This document shows, piece by piece, positions 1-10,743 of a stretch of DNA of 64,000 bases. Position 1 is the stretch's first letter, and every line of letters begins with the position of its first letter. A program made the position numbers and the translations under genes. The stretch lies in NCBI GenBank assembly GCA_040285745.1, contig JAUFOR010000008.1, positions 992,001-1,056,000 on the forward strand, in the 5' to 3' direction. The notes beneath the pieces were generated by a model. The model made no database searches, was not told the origin of the DNA, and saw only the letters and a list, made by a program, of their open reading frames with translations. The stretch comes from Barthelona sp. PCE. Its lineage: Eukaryota.

Positions 1-611
1 AAATAGCGTTTTCCAGTTATTTTATGTATAAACTCAAACGCATTACTATACCGAACAATCTTTTGACGATTAAAGTTACTTATGTGTTTTGTGTTATGCA
101 GTGCATCGACTGCACATGATAATGCTAAGTTACTTGGCATATCATCTATTATATCAGTGGTAACCCGGTTATGTGGGATGAAGTGATAGCATTTAAGGGC
201 AGAAAGCCCAGTCCTGCAGATAGGACACAGTTTGCTACCGGCCTCCACGCACGAGCGGATGCATCGTCGACAAAACGAATGACCACATTCAAAAAAAATG
301 GGATCGACAAAACGACTGTGACAGATTGGACATTTCACCTGTTCCAATGTCTCTTCATATGTGATTGATGATGTGCGTTCTTCTTTTGGCAACTTAATTG
401 CAAAGACACGCCGTTCATCTTTGGGAGAACTCAAGGAAAAGGGTGATATATCCAAACGATCTATGTGGTTTTCTACTTCTGTTGGTGCGTCAACACTACG
501 AATAAGTCCTCCCGAAAATGATGATTCTGAAACAGAATCCAATCCGCCACTGCTTAGGAAAGGATCTGCGCTCAGTCCAGCACTAAGGAATGGATCTGGG
601 CTTGGGAACAT
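1..611 (-). CDS. C3HC4 RING-finger protein (putative E3 ubiquitin ligase), 3'-truncated by the window edge
   Basis: Not in the ORF track. Manual translation from the ATG at 611 is open to the window edge and reads MFPSPDPF...CPICHSRFVDPIFFECGHSFCRRCIRSCVEAGSKLCPICRTG, a canonical RING-HC pattern. Confidence 0.85.
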   Translation of the reverse strand, partial: MFPSPDPFLSAGLSADPFLSSGGLDSVSESSFSGGLIRSVDAPTEVENHIDRLDISPFSLSSPKDERRVFAIKLPKEERTSSITYEETLEQVKCPICHSRFVDPIFFECGHSFCRRCIRSCVEAGSKLCPICRTGLSALKCYHFIPHNRVTTDIIDDMPSNLALSCAVDALHNTKHISNFNRQKIVRYSNAFEFIHKITGKRY

Positions 612-941
612 GGACTTTAGTTAAAAAAACTACTGTGTTACACAGTTATCCACTAAGAAAAGGTGAAAATAAAGAAAACAGTATGTTTGGTCAAAGCTCG
701 ATCTTACATCAGACATTTAAGCGAATTTACTGTACGTTTAGTTATGTGAATATGCTTTATGAATGTTTCCACAATCTTTTCCTTTTTTTGTTTTACAAGC
801 TTATCTATCAGTTAACAACAGTGTATAAACGGGTTATATGTGCTGTTAAGCAAATTATTTTTTGTTCTGAAGCTCAAAATAGGTTAACCGGTTCTCAAAA
901 AATTTGCAGGGTATTGTAAAACCTCTAAATTATGAAATGAT

Positions 942-1859
942 TTACTCCATGTGCTCGAACAATCCTGCGATGTCCGTTCCAGTAAGATAATACTTAACAG
1001 GTTTGGGTCCCTTAGAAGTAGTTCTAATGCATCTCATTAAAATCTTTTTACCCTTGTGCATGGCCTTGATAGCCTTTAGAGAAGAGTTAATCAAAACTTT
1101 CTTCGATTGCTCATCACGAATCACCATACGAGTGCTACCTTCAGCATCACGTAGGAGTCTGGCAGGGCCTTCACCACGCTCAATCCACTCCTTGATGTGT
1201 TGGCCATCAGCATCGATCTCATCCAAAAATTCAAAACACTGAACAACAGTTTCGAATACCTTCTCTTCTTCTTCTTCACCGCTCTTTAACTCAACCTTAG
1301 CAAGGTTAACAACTTTCTTTGCCTTAGCCTTGGTTTCCTTCTTCTCAGAAGATTTCTTGAATGAGAATTTGTTCTTCTTGTTCTTCAAGAAGGGGTTGGA
1401 AAATGACTTGCCAGATTTCTCTTCCGACTTCTCCTCACCCTCTTCATCCTTGGGAGTTTCAGTCTTTGATCCTGCCTTCTTGAAAGGATTGCTAAAACTC
1501 TTGTTAAAGCTCTTCTTCATTGTAAAACCACCCTTCTTCAAGGTCGTTTTCTTAGTTTCAACCTTCTCAACAGGCTTGGCCTCCTCCTTAGGCTCTTCCT
1601 TCTGAACCTCTTCAACAACGGGTTCAACAACCTCAACAATGGCGGGTTCTTCAACCACTGGCTCGGCCTTTGAGAACTTGTTCTTCGCCTTAGAGAAGTC
1701 AAACTTCTTTTGGCTGATCTTCATTCCACCGTATTTGCTGAAATTGTTGCTCTGTGTCTTTTCTTTAGGGTTGTGAGCAGATTTGAAACCCTTGTTTGGT
1801 ATGCCCTTGTTCTCGTCGAGGGCAGGTACCTCTGACGCTGTGCGCTTGTGCTTATCCAT
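942..1859 (-). CDS. Ran-binding domain protein (Yrb2/RanBP3/Nup2-like)
   Basis: C-terminal RanBD motifs (EWIERGEGPARLL, RMVIRDEQSKKVLIN) follow a disordered K/E-rich region with FxF/FSNPF-like repeats. Confidence 0.75.
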   Translation of the reverse strand: MDKHKRTASEVPALDENKGIPNKGFKSAHNPKEKTQSNNFSKYGGMKISQKKFDFSKAKNKFSKAEPVVEEPAIVEVVEPVVEEVQKEEPKEEAKPVEKVETKKTTLKKGGFTMKKSFNKSFSNPFKKAGSKTETPKDEEGEEKSEEKSGKSFSNPFLKNKKNKFSFKKSSEKKETKAKAKKVVNLAKVELKSGEEEEEKVFETVVQCFEFLDEIDADGQHIKEWIERGEGPARLLRDAEGSTRMVIRDEQSKKVLINSSLKAIKAMHKGKKILMRCIRTTSKGPKPVKYYLTGTDIAGLFEHME

Positions 1860-2094
1860 TTGTGAAAGGGAGTAAATATTTGGAAAGTGAAATCCTATGT
1901 TTTATTTGAATTTCAACCAACAAGAAGTGTGTTAGCAGCTTGATCAGATCAGTTTAGCTCACATCATGTTAGGAAAAACCAATTCTTTACATTGTTTTCC
2001 CATTTCTAAACCATTTCCAAATTACTGGAGCATAAATTGTACGCAACCCAGCTCTTATATCCACACACACTCATTTAACTACACATACACTACA

Positions 2095-2397
2095 ATGGAA
2101 TTAGACACAGCAAAGAACGATCTGGTTAATACTTTATCACGATTGGAGGCACATTGGCAGATTCTAGAGGCGGAACTCGTCGAAATTAACTCAGATCTCA
2201 AGCATCTGGATACATGTACTCTTAAATACGGCGAGCATTTCCAATCATCAATTTTATATCTTAAAGATTTAAAAACACAAAAGAAGAACAAGATGAAAGA
2301 AATACTAAGGACGATGGAGGCCTTCAATAAGAATCTGACAAATAGTAGACGTCTGGTTAAATTATTGGAGAAGGACTGTCCTATAGATCAAAGTTAA
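2095..2397 (+). CDS. Hypothetical 100-aa coiled-coil protein
   Basis: ATG at 2095 (MELDTAKND...) within ORF 1966-2397; heptad-like L/E/K pattern; fills the gap between neighbouring genes. Confidence 0.5.
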   Translation: MELDTAKNDLVNTLSRLEAHWQILEAELVEINSDLKHLDTCTLKYGEHFQSSILYLKDLKTQKKNKMKEILRTMEAFNKNLTNSRRLVKLLEKDCPIDQS

Positions 2398-2443
2398 AAC
2401 GAAACTGTGTAAAGCTAGATTGATTATTTTTTATTCTTTGGTA

Positions 2444-3415
2444 TTATTCAGTTGTAGTGTTAGTAACAACAGTAGGTGATCCATTCTTTGCTTTGTTCGA
2501 AACTACTTCAGCTAAACGTTGCTTTGTAGCAGGACGGGATGATAATGCAATAATTTCACTGGGGGTTTCAACAATAATGTCTGGGTAGACCTCAAGGGTT
2601 GATGGGATAGTGTTTTCTTCTTCAGTCATCTCATCAATTATGTTAATCATGTTCTCCAAAGTGTATGAAATGTATTCTCCTTTGAAACCAACTTCTTCAA
2701 CCTGATCATCATCAACGAGGCTGGGGAATCCCTTAGAAGCTCTCTTTTTAGGCTTAGGAGGGCCTCTTCTTGTCTCTTTGGGTTGTTTAGATTTGTTGCT
2801 CTTCTTCTTACCCTTGTTCTTCTTCTTATACTTCTTCTTCTTGTATCCCTTACCAGTAGGATCAAATACACGAACTGGTGGGTTGTCACTGAAATAAATC
2901 TCTTCATACTCAATTAATCTAGCTACAAATGTGGCCTTCTCTAATCCTTTTTCTTGAATCTCACCAATGAACTCTGTAGCCTTGTCTTCATCAATACATT
3001 CGACAAAGCATGTGGTCAGGTGGTACTTAAACCGAATGCAGTCACATGAAAAAGAGTCAAAAGTGTTCTTTAACTTCTGGCGAGAGTAACCAAAGGGCAT
3101 ACATTCCATAACAACAACTTTGAAGGGTTGTGGATTGTAATTGTGTACCTTAGAGCGAATCCTCAACATGTCGTAGTGTAGATCAACTATTTCACTATCG
3201 AGGAGGAAGAAAAAATCGGCAAATGTTGCATTCAATAACTTCATCCTATGGAAGGTGAGGATCGTTACGATCGGTACCCACCCGCTCTCGTCCATAAGGG
3301 ATCTGAGGTACTCATCTTTCTGGAGATTGGATTCTGAGAAATAGAATTCAACGCACTGCTTTAACTCGATCATTCTCATGATTTGAGGGTTTGCCACTTG
3401 TGGTTCTGTCGTCAT
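2444..3415 (-). CDS. La-related RNA-binding protein (La motif plus RRM-like domain)
   Basis: La motif LKQCVEFYFSESNLQKDEYLRSLMDESGWVPIVTILTFHRMKLL, followed by a degenerate RRM and a basic tail. Confidence 0.85.
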   Translation of the reverse strand: MTTEPQVANPQIMRMIELKQCVEFYFSESNLQKDEYLRSLMDESGWVPIVTILTFHRMKLLNATFADFFFLLDSEIVDLHYDMLRIRSKVHNYNPQPFKVVVMECMPFGYSRQKLKNTFDSFSCDCIRFKYHLTTCFVECIDEDKATEFIGEIQEKGLEKATFVARLIEYEEIYFSDNPPVRVFDPTGKGYKKKKYKKKNKGKKKSNKSKQPKETRRGPPKPKKRASKGFPSLVDDDQVEEVGFKGEYISYTLENMINIIDEMTEEENTIPSTLEVYPDIIVETPSEIIALSSRPATKQRLAEVVSNKAKNGSPTVVTNTTTE

Positions 3416-3545
3416 AGTTAAAATGAACTAAAACAACACGTGAAAGAGATAAAAAATTGGTTATAGAACGAAACACATTTATTTACAAAGTTATTGGCCT
3501 AAGCACCAATGAAAAGGCGATCATGGTGCTCCCGATACACAGATA

Positions 3546-3905
3546 CTACTCAAGCTGCTTTATAACTGAAAAATCTGCTGTGGTTGCTTGCATCTTTTGG
3601 GGAATACCTTGCATGTTTGCCTTCTCTTCGTGCATAGATTCGTTCAGTTTATCCCTCATTTGAGTGCGAATTTTCAGCGTACGATTCAAAATTTCATCTT
3701 TTGGTACTCCTTCGCTTTCTAATTCCTGTTCGATATCATATATGTGGGACTCGATCTGTTGTAGCTTCTTAAGCTTGATGAATTCATCATTCACGTACAC
3801 AATATGTGGATCGAGTGATTTACCGTGATCTGCCCTTCTAACACGTGATGCCCGACTTTTTTGGATGTATCCGCTCGTTCCTGACCCTCTAACCGAAAAA
3901 TTCAT
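3546..3905 (-). CDS. CWC21: Pre-mRNA splicing factor Cwc21/cwf21-like
   Basis: N-terminal RGSGTSGYIQKS resembles the Cwc21/SRRM2 RGSGTNGYVQRN motif; helical cwf21-like segment IESHIYDIEQELESEGVPKDEI. Confidence 0.75.
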   Translation of the reverse strand: MNFSVRGSGTSGYIQKSRASRVRRADHGKSLDPHIVYVNDEFIKLKKLQQIESHIYDIEQELESEGVPKDEILNRTLKIRTQMRDKLNESMHEEKANMQGIPQKMQATTADFSVIKQLE

Positions 3906-3957
3906 CTAAAAAACGTTTGAATTAGAGTTAATTACCGTAAACAGGTTTATTTTCCAA

Positions 3958-4365
3958 ATGTCAGATACTGAATTGCGTCAACGGCTTGCAGATGAGCCAG
4001 AGGTTCATGAGCCAAACATTGAAACACCAACGAACCATCCATTTCTCAAAAAGCGTTGGAAACCACGAACCAAGCTTCTTTTCGTTTCTTTATTGTTGCT
4101 AACTGTTCCACTCACCATGTTTTGTTTGTTTTACTTTAAATTTGGGATTAACGCATACATTGCCGGATTAGTTGCTCTTATCCTTGTTAACATTATTGTT
4201 TGGGTATTTGTTGTTAATGTTCTTCTTGAAGAGCGTGAGTGGAAGAATTACCTGGCGCGAAAAGACATGATTGAGAAAGAGAATCGTGGTCTTTCTTCAG
4301 ATGACGATCTTGATATGGGTATTAGTGAGCAACTAGCTCGTCTTGATGATTCAGACAGTAACTAA
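3958..4365 (+). CDS. Two-TM membrane protein, VMA21-like V-ATPase assembly factor
   Basis: KLLFVSLLLLTVPLTMF...AGLVALILVNIIVWVFV...EE hairpin matches the VMA21 pattern. Confidence 0.55.
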   Translation: MSDTELRQRLADEPEVHEPNIETPTNHPFLKKRWKPRTKLLFVSLLLLTVPLTMFCLFYFKFGINAYIAGLVALILVNIIVWVFVVNVLLEEREWKNYLARKDMIEKENRGLSSDDDLDMGISEQLARLDDSDSN

Positions 4366-4411
4366 TGAGTTAAAATATGTTAACAAGCTGCTATTTACAA
4401 AAGAGATTCAG

Positions 4412-4869
4412 TTAAAACATTCCCATACCACTATCATCAGAATAATAAGTAAGGTAGATGAATACTGAGATATAGAAACACACACAACCAATCAGAGAAA
4501 TAAAGAAGGGCTGAGAATCGGCAATGGCTCCAGAAATGAAAAGGATTGCAGGTAGAGCGAAACCGCCGACAAAGAGGAATCCGGTAAGCCACTGGCCAAC
4601 ACGCTTGCCATCAATTCTAAACATTAGTTATAACAGTCCAATTGCTTTTCCAAAATAGATTTCCGAAAAAGTATTTTTGATAAATCATACTCATCATCTC
4701 CATATGACTCATTATCTTTGCACATGAATTCGGGTACGGCAGCGAACAATCCAAAAAGAAGAGTCCATAATACGTGCCAACAGCCAGATTGGGCTGCGCT
4801 GACAATCATAATGATGAGACCGACGGCTGCAAAGAAGCTCAGAGCGATAATGTGCTTGGTTTCTGGCAT
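4412..4869 (-). CDS. VPS55: Vps55/OB-RGRP (endospanin) family protein, 2 exons (4869-4691, 4616-4412)
   Basis: ORFs 4624-4869 and 4412-4624 join in frame (...GDDE/IDGKR...) after removing a GT-AG intron. Four-TM Vps55 pattern: IIALSFFAAVGLIIMIVS...WLTGFLFVGGFALPAIL. Confidence 0.85.
4617..4690 (-). other. Spliceosomal intron (74 nt) in VPS55
   Basis: GTATGA...ACTAATGTTTAG; removal restores the reading frame. Confidence 0.85.
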
Positions 4870-5051
4870 ATATATGTCTATTGTGTGTTGAAAGGGAGAT
4901 ATTTGTTAAAGCACTTATTTGTTCATGTTTATTCATATTCGGATTACAGTTACTAGCTATTGAAGACTATTTATAAGTGTTTGACAAAATAAGTAAACTG
5001 CAATAACCTTATATGTCTTGTTTCACCAATTTACTTCCTTTTCTGTGATTT

Positions 5052-6374
5052 ATGGCTGAATTAGTCAATACACATAATATTCTCAGTTGGAGCGACGAGC
5101 TCCACGAGTTAGACGAAGAAAGAATCCTTTCTTTTGTTGAAAAAGTTAATGAAGATGCGTCTGACCCACTCTATGATTGTGATGAGAGCCTTAACTCTCA
5201 CATACACTTCACAACAGAGAGCCCATTGTGCCTAGAAGTCGATACGGTTGTTTGTCCGGTGAATGAGGTTTTGGATGTTGATTCCAGTTCCTTATTCACA
5301 GAAGTATGTGGTCGTGTGGGATATCCCATCCGTCAGGAAATCACAGAGGCATACAGTCACAAAACATTCTCAAAGAATAAGGTTATTCTCACAAGTCAAG
5401 CTGTTTATTGGCCAAGAACGGGTGATATTGATCATCTATCAAGCCTTATATTTTCTTGCGATCCCAAATACTACGAGCGCTTTAAGGTTGCTGCTGCTAG
5501 TAGTCTTATGTTTTGTTATCATAATGCTTTGAAAGTTTTGCTTGAGGAAGAAGAGGAGAAGGCAAAGACTGAGGGTCTAAAGGTAGCCATTGTGCCACTT
5601 TACACTGCTTCAAAGAAGTATCCCAGAAATAAGGGAGCGATAATTGCTCTCAATACAGTTCGCAGCTTTTTAAAGAAACTTCAGTCCACGGAGTATAAGA
5701 TGGATATTTATTTCTGCTTCCCCGAGGAACACTGTGAGGCGTCAGACTATGACCATCATATTGATTTAGCCCACGTATTTTTCCCAAAACCCAGTACAAC
5801 TTCAGAAGTTTTATTAAGATTATATCCTGATAGTATTAAGGGGAATAACAATGAACGTGAGATTCCAGTCAGTTCAATGCGTAGAACATGTAGGTTAAAC
5901 GCTGCTGAATTATCTAATACTACTCATACTGAGATAAGAGAAACAACTCAATACGGAATAGCATTTAGTTGGTTAAGAAAGATCAGGGAGTTGGAATCGG
6001 AGCTTAGTGAGTTCGCTCAGACAGAAGCAATCGTTCGTAAGGGTAAATTCATTCATATAGTTACAAGTCGTATTACAAATTCTGAGATTGCTTGGCTTTA
6101 TTTGTATAAAACCATTGAAGAATTTCAACAAGAATACTATTTAGTTGTTTATTATCAGAACGGATCAGATCCTGATTTCTGGTCGAATTTTGACGAATTA
6201 CCAGAGTCTTACAACGATATGTTAAAGAATATTTTGCTTATTGCACCTAGTTGGTGGACAAAGGTAAAATTCGGATTTAGATCATCAATTATCACTGATA
6301 AATTGAAAATATATAATGATTTGAACAGTTTAGGCGATTTTAAACAACAATTATATATTCCAGACACTTTTTAG
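5052..6374 (+). CDS. GDAP2: GDAP2-like protein (macro domain plus CRAL-TRIO/BNIP2-type domain)
   Basis: PKYYERFKVAAASSLMFCYHNAL and KKYPRNKGAIIALNTVRSFL match the GDAP2 macro domain; C-terminal IAPSWWTKV...KLKIYNDL..L.....QLYIP is CRAL-TRIO-like. Confidence 0.8.
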   Translation: MAELVNTHNILSWSDELHELDEERILSFVEKVNEDASDPLYDCDESLNSHIHFTTESPLCLEVDTVVCPVNEVLDVDSSSLFTEVCGRVGYPIRQEITEAYSHKTFSKNKVILTSQAVYWPRTGDIDHLSSLIFSCDPKYYERFKVAAASSLMFCYHNALKVLLEEEEEKAKTEGLKVAIVPLYTASKKYPRNKGAIIALNTVRSFLKKLQSTEYKMDIYFCFPEEHCEASDYDHHIDLAHVFFPKPSTTSEVLLRLYPDSIKGNNNEREIPVSSMRRTCRLNAAELSNTTHTEIRETTQYGIAFSWLRKIRELESELSEFAQTEAIVRKGKFIHIVTSRITNSEIAWLYLYKTIEEFQQEYYLVVYYQNGSDPDFWSNFDELPESYNDMLKNILLIAPSWWTKVKFGFRSSIITDKLKIYNDLNSLGDFKQQLYIPDTF

Positions 6375-6376
6375 TG

Positions 6377-7768
6377 TTACATATCTTTTTCTTCATCTTT
6401 CTCTTTAAGATCATTGTTGTAAACCTTAATAGCTTTTTCTATTTTATGAGCTGGTTTAAACATTCTCCATATCATTTGCACGAAAAAATTCGTAAGTAGT
6501 ATTAAACATAAAAACTTTCCGTAGTAAGGACCGCATGAATACGAATACTTCAAGCGGTCAACCAGAGTAAGTCTTTCTGACTTTAACAAAGTATCATATA
6601 CATTAAGAACGCGATCTCCAACATCGAACCAACAATAAAAATTCTTCGCCCGCTCATGCTGTTTAAATGGATCGACTGAAGGTGCTCGCTCGATAGCAAC
6701 GCACGCAGCTTCAACGAGATCAGAAACAACAGGGTCTGCGGTCGTCATGATATCAGGGGGAAGTACACTTGGGATTGCACCAACGTTACTAGACACGACC
6801 AAACATCCGCAAAGTGCGGCTTCGACGATGGAAATGTTGAACGCATCAGTTAGAGATGTGTTAAAAAAAATATGACTTTGCGATACAACATCACGAACTT
6901 GGGAATGTGGAATTACACCTAATAGGTTGACCCTATCATGTAGGCCGTGGTCCTCAATAATTTGCTGTAACAGTGCCATTTTTGGACCATCTCCAGCAAT
7001 AACAAAGTCAACATTATCATGACGATTGCAAATTTCAGGGATTGAATAGGCCAGCAGATCAATACCCTTCCTATACACCAGGCGACTCACAACTGATATC
7101 ACAATGCGCCCTTTTGGTTTGGTGGCAGGTGTGAAGTTTTGCGACTGAACAGCATTGGGTATCACTGAAACTTTCGACGGATCAATGCGTCCTCCCAACA
7201 CCATGCTCTCCTTGGTAGCCATTGACACGCCAATGATGTGGTCGAGGCAACAGGAGACGCCTTTCAGAGCTGCGTTGGCATACAAACAGTCCATGGAGGT
7301 CATGTCCATTAGTGAATGATTGGTTAAAACAGTTGGAATGCCCATAATACTACCATATGTGACTGCTTCTATGCCCGTGGCGGAGAGCAACTGGTGGTAA
7401 TGTATAATATCGATGCTCTCCCTGTTAATAATAGACCAAAAGTATGGGTAACTGGCGAGGAACGTAAGCATTGCCGCTGAGTTCTTAACAACGCTTGTTG
7501 GGAGATAGTACACCTTGACACCGTTGCACAGGTAGCGAACGCCACGTCGCTCCCCGTATTTATGTGTTAGAATGGTTACTGAATGTCCCTTTAATGCCAT
7601 AGCTTCTGATATACAGTGCATATGTGTCTCGACACCTCCGACGTTAGGGGAGCAGAAACATGAAACCATGAGGATGTTCAGAGATTTTTCAAGTGGGTTT
7701 CTGAATAATATTTGGTTTTCCTCACTCAAAGAGGACTGTGATGATGTAGATGATGAATTGGAGTTCAT
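6377..7768 (-). CDS. PIGA: Phosphatidylinositol N-acetylglucosaminyltransferase subunit A (GT4 family)
   Basis: ILMVS..CSPNVGGVETH, THKYGERRGVRYL.NGVKVYYLP, SRLVYRKGIDLL and FVIAGDGPK motifs. The first ATG is at 7768; the ORF-track start at 7852 is TTG. Confidence 0.95.
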   Translation of the reverse strand: MNSNSSSTSSQSSLSEENQILFRNPLEKSLNILMVSCFCSPNVGGVETHMHCISEAMALKGHSVTILTHKYGERRGVRYLCNGVKVYYLPTSVVKNSAAMLTFLASYPYFWSIINRESIDIIHYHQLLSATGIEAVTYGSIMGIPTVLTNHSLMDMTSMDCLYANAALKGVSCCLDHIIGVSMATKESMVLGGRIDPSKVSVIPNAVQSQNFTPATKPKGRIVISVVSRLVYRKGIDLLAYSIPEICNRHDNVDFVIAGDGPKMALLQQIIEDHGLHDRVNLLGVIPHSQVRDVVSQSHIFFNTSLTDAFNISIVEAALCGCLVVSSNVGAIPSVLPPDIMTTADPVVSDLVEAACVAIERAPSVDPFKQHERAKNFYCWFDVGDRVLNVYDTLLKSERLTLVDRLKYSYSCGPYYGKFLCLILLTNFFVQMIWRMFKPAHKIEKAIKVYNNDLKEKDEEKDM

Positions 7769-8220
7769 TGCGGCCGGGAAAACTCTATACGACCTGGAAA
7801 TGGGGATAAAATTTGTAGCACCTATACTGTGTGTATTATGGAATATAGACAATCTGGGTCGTTCAACTGTCTATTTATAGTTGTTTTGGCCTTTTAAATA
7901 TGCATATATGCTAAAAATGTAGTAAATACCGGCTCTTATATCTATGACATGTTTTTAGACTTTTAAACTGATATTGTTACTGGATATTATGTTTATATTC
8001 TCATTAAAGTGTGGTAATATGTTGTCAAGCTAATTAAAAGAAATCGAAAGTTTTAAGTTTGATTTAGAACATCAATTTCCAACTACCTACACATGTTAAA
8101 TTCAGGAGGAGCGTACTAAAAGGGAAATGAAATGATCATGATTTATCACACAAGCCATATACCAATTTTCACTTCTTTCATTCTGTATTTTGCTTATTTA
8201 CACACGCGCACTGCAGCTAA

Positions 8221-9006
8221 ATGAAAGAATACACATTCTCAATACCAAATATTGAGCAAGACACCGCATATGACGAGCTTATAGATACTCTAATGCACTT
8301 AAGTAACAAAGAGAACTATCTTAAAATCCCTAATCTGCCCCTACAGGCATCCAATCCTCACCTGAAGGATTATATGCGCTATAAACTGTTCAAATGGGGT
8401 TATGGACTTCTGGTGGACTTCATGAAGACTCCAATCAAAGTGTTTGCACTTGCAAACATGTATTTCGACAGTGCTGTTTCAACCTGTCACTTTAGAAAAC
8501 AGAGTTTACAGTTGGTTTATAGTGCCTGTATCTTACTTGCTCACAAATTCAGCATAGATCATATCACATTAAAACCATCAATGTTGGTTTCATGCTCGTG
8601 CAACACATTTGAGCTCGAGGATTTGCTTCATATGGAAAGCAAACTGTTCAAGTTATTTGATTTTCGACTAAATTTAACCACTGTTTTTGATGTTATTAAT
8701 GTACTATCTGTGATATATAAGGATCAATTCAGTAACAATACAAGGTTTATATCTGTTCTCAGTAGGATTCTTAGAAATTTTTTCAAAACTCAGTTTTTCT
8801 CTCATGTCAACACTTTCTATTGTGGTCTATGTTTTTTTAATCTTGCCTGTACGCTATCACATCAGAAAATCAAAGATTTAGATGTATTTCTGGAAGGATT
8901 CGTGCATAACAATAGTGATTATTCTCGTGTTCAGAGTTTTATCTGTCAAACTCTAAAGATTAACAGTTCAAGATCTAATCGTAGGTCGCCCAGATCAACT
9001 GCATAA
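8221..9006 (+). CDS. Cyclin
   Basis: Cyclin box MRYKLFKW...FALANMYFD...LQLVYSACILLAHKF...LLHMESKLFKLFDFRL. Confidence 0.85.
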   Translation: MKEYTFSIPNIEQDTAYDELIDTLMHLSNKENYLKIPNLPLQASNPHLKDYMRYKLFKWGYGLLVDFMKTPIKVFALANMYFDSAVSTCHFRKQSLQLVYSACILLAHKFSIDHITLKPSMLVSCSCNTFELEDLLHMESKLFKLFDFRLNLTTVFDVINVLSVIYKDQFSNNTRFISVLSRILRNFFKTQFFSHVNTFYCGLCFFNLACTLSHQKIKDLDVFLEGFVHNNSDYSRVQSFICQTLKINSSRSNRRSPRSTA

Positions 9007-9076
9007 ATTCCATCATTATATCCATTCATTAATCTATTCTTGTATAGCAATAAATTCAAATTGTGTTTATTTAGAT

Positions 9077-10447
9077 TTATTCTGTAGGAATCTCCTCCAT
9101 GGTTTCAGAATTGTCTTCATCATGTTCCTTATTGTGTTCAGTTGCTTCATGAATGTTCTCCTCTTCAACCTCTTCATCAGGTTGCTGATCTTGTTCATCC
9201 TCTTCTACAACTGGGACTTCTACAGTCTCGTTTAATGGAGCTTCTTCACCTAAAAATTCTAATATTAAATCATTTTTTGGCGTTAGTGCTCCCTTTTCAC
9301 AAAAACGCTCAAATAAAGACAGTGCTTCGGATATTTTGAATCTCTTATCGATGTTCTTACTATATATAGTCTTAAATTCCTTATGTGTATCAATCATATC
9401 ATCTAATTCGAACTTGTCAAAATTGCTTACCTGTAGCTTAGTAACAACATCACTCGTACCAATTGTAGTGCTGCTTATCGATCTTTTGTGTCCGTTGACG
9501 CTGTGTGGTAAACTAGTTTCTCCTTCAATATAAAGCTTTTTGTACAAATGCCCATCTATTATTTCAATGAACTTATGATTAATATGATTGGCTGATTTCG
9601 GCACAACATAAGGATCGTGCTTGGCTAACAATGCATCAATCTGTGTTTTAATTGATGAAAAATGTTCAGGAAATAAATGAAATGTTTTTTTGAAAAATTT
9701 AATCATTTTGACAACTTTTGCATAAACAAAGATCTGATCACTGACGTTTTCTGCACCAATCCTTAACAAATTAACATTATAACGACTTGAAATAGTTCTT
9801 TTCGTAATGCTTAAAATTTTCTCACAACCTTCTAAAAAAGATGTAAAACGACTGATACTAATACCCTTACCCTGGTTACGAGGCGTGTTCTCATGTATAA
9901 CATTAATTAATCGATCTCTTGGGAAATATTGAGGATCAGACACAACCTTTAAATAGCTGTCAATAAATGGTTCACAAAGATCAATCATTGATTCCAACAG
10001 ATCTTCGTGCTGGAATACAAATGATTCTTCTGATTTAGATGTGAAATAGCAATGAACCTTGTACGAAAATGAACAATATACTTCATCTAGTTCTGGAGTG
10101 CTAATTCTTTGTTGCAAAAGAACGAGAAAACGAAGAATACACTTGAGTAGAAGCATTTCATCATCAACACCGAAAAAGCGCGAAAAATTCTTACTATCAA
10201 TAGCATCTAGTTCATCTAAAACACTCTTAATCCCATCTTCTGACAATTGTAGTGCAATTTCAACAAATAGATCATCCTTGAAGTCCTCAGAGAAAACTTT
10301 CCCTTCGAACAAACCCTCAAATTTGCTTTGAATATACTCCTTGAATGTGTGGATGCCGTGCTCCCCTTCTTTGTCGACCGTGTTCATATTATTATGTGTT
10401 GAAAAGGTCTGAATTTCAAGAAACAATACAGGAGGTTTGGTATCCAT
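9077..10447 (-). CDS. Hypothetical protein with acidic C-terminal tail
   Basis: 456-aa ATG-initiated ORF, helical composition, no recognised motif. Confidence 0.65.
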   Translation of the reverse strand: MDTKPPVLFLEIQTFSTHNNMNTVDKEGEHGIHTFKEYIQSKFEGLFEGKVFSEDFKDDLFVEIALQLSEDGIKSVLDELDAIDSKNFSRFFGVDDEMLLLKCILRFLVLLQQRISTPELDEVYCSFSYKVHCYFTSKSEESFVFQHEDLLESMIDLCEPFIDSYLKVVSDPQYFPRDRLINVIHENTPRNQGKGISISRFTSFLEGCEKILSITKRTISSRYNVNLLRIGAENVSDQIFVYAKVVKMIKFFKKTFHLFPEHFSSIKTQIDALLAKHDPYVVPKSANHINHKFIEIIDGHLYKKLYIEGETSLPHSVNGHKRSISSTTIGTSDVVTKLQVSNFDKFELDDMIDTHKEFKTIYSKNIDKRFKISEALSLFERFCEKGALTPKNDLILEFLGEEAPLNETVEVPVVEEDEQDQQPDEEVEEENIHEATEHNKEHDEDNSETMEEIPTE

Positions 10448-10743
10448 ATTATCGTTTTGGAATGTTCAAGAGCGGTTTAAATCGGAACAATAACTCAATA
10501 CAACGACATTTGAAACCAAATATCCTTACTTTACATAATAGGTTAGAAATTTCTGATAATGAGGGGTTTAACGCAAAATAAATACTGTTATTGTGGTGCA
10601 TATTGTTTTTTGATGAGTTTCCCTATGTTAACTAGTGCAGGTATTGTTATTGCTTTTTTTTTCCTTTTCAAATCACCATAATACTTTCTGAAACAAGTAG
10701 TACCCAGGGGTCTGCACCGTTTATAGACTCGGTCGGTCCAAAG

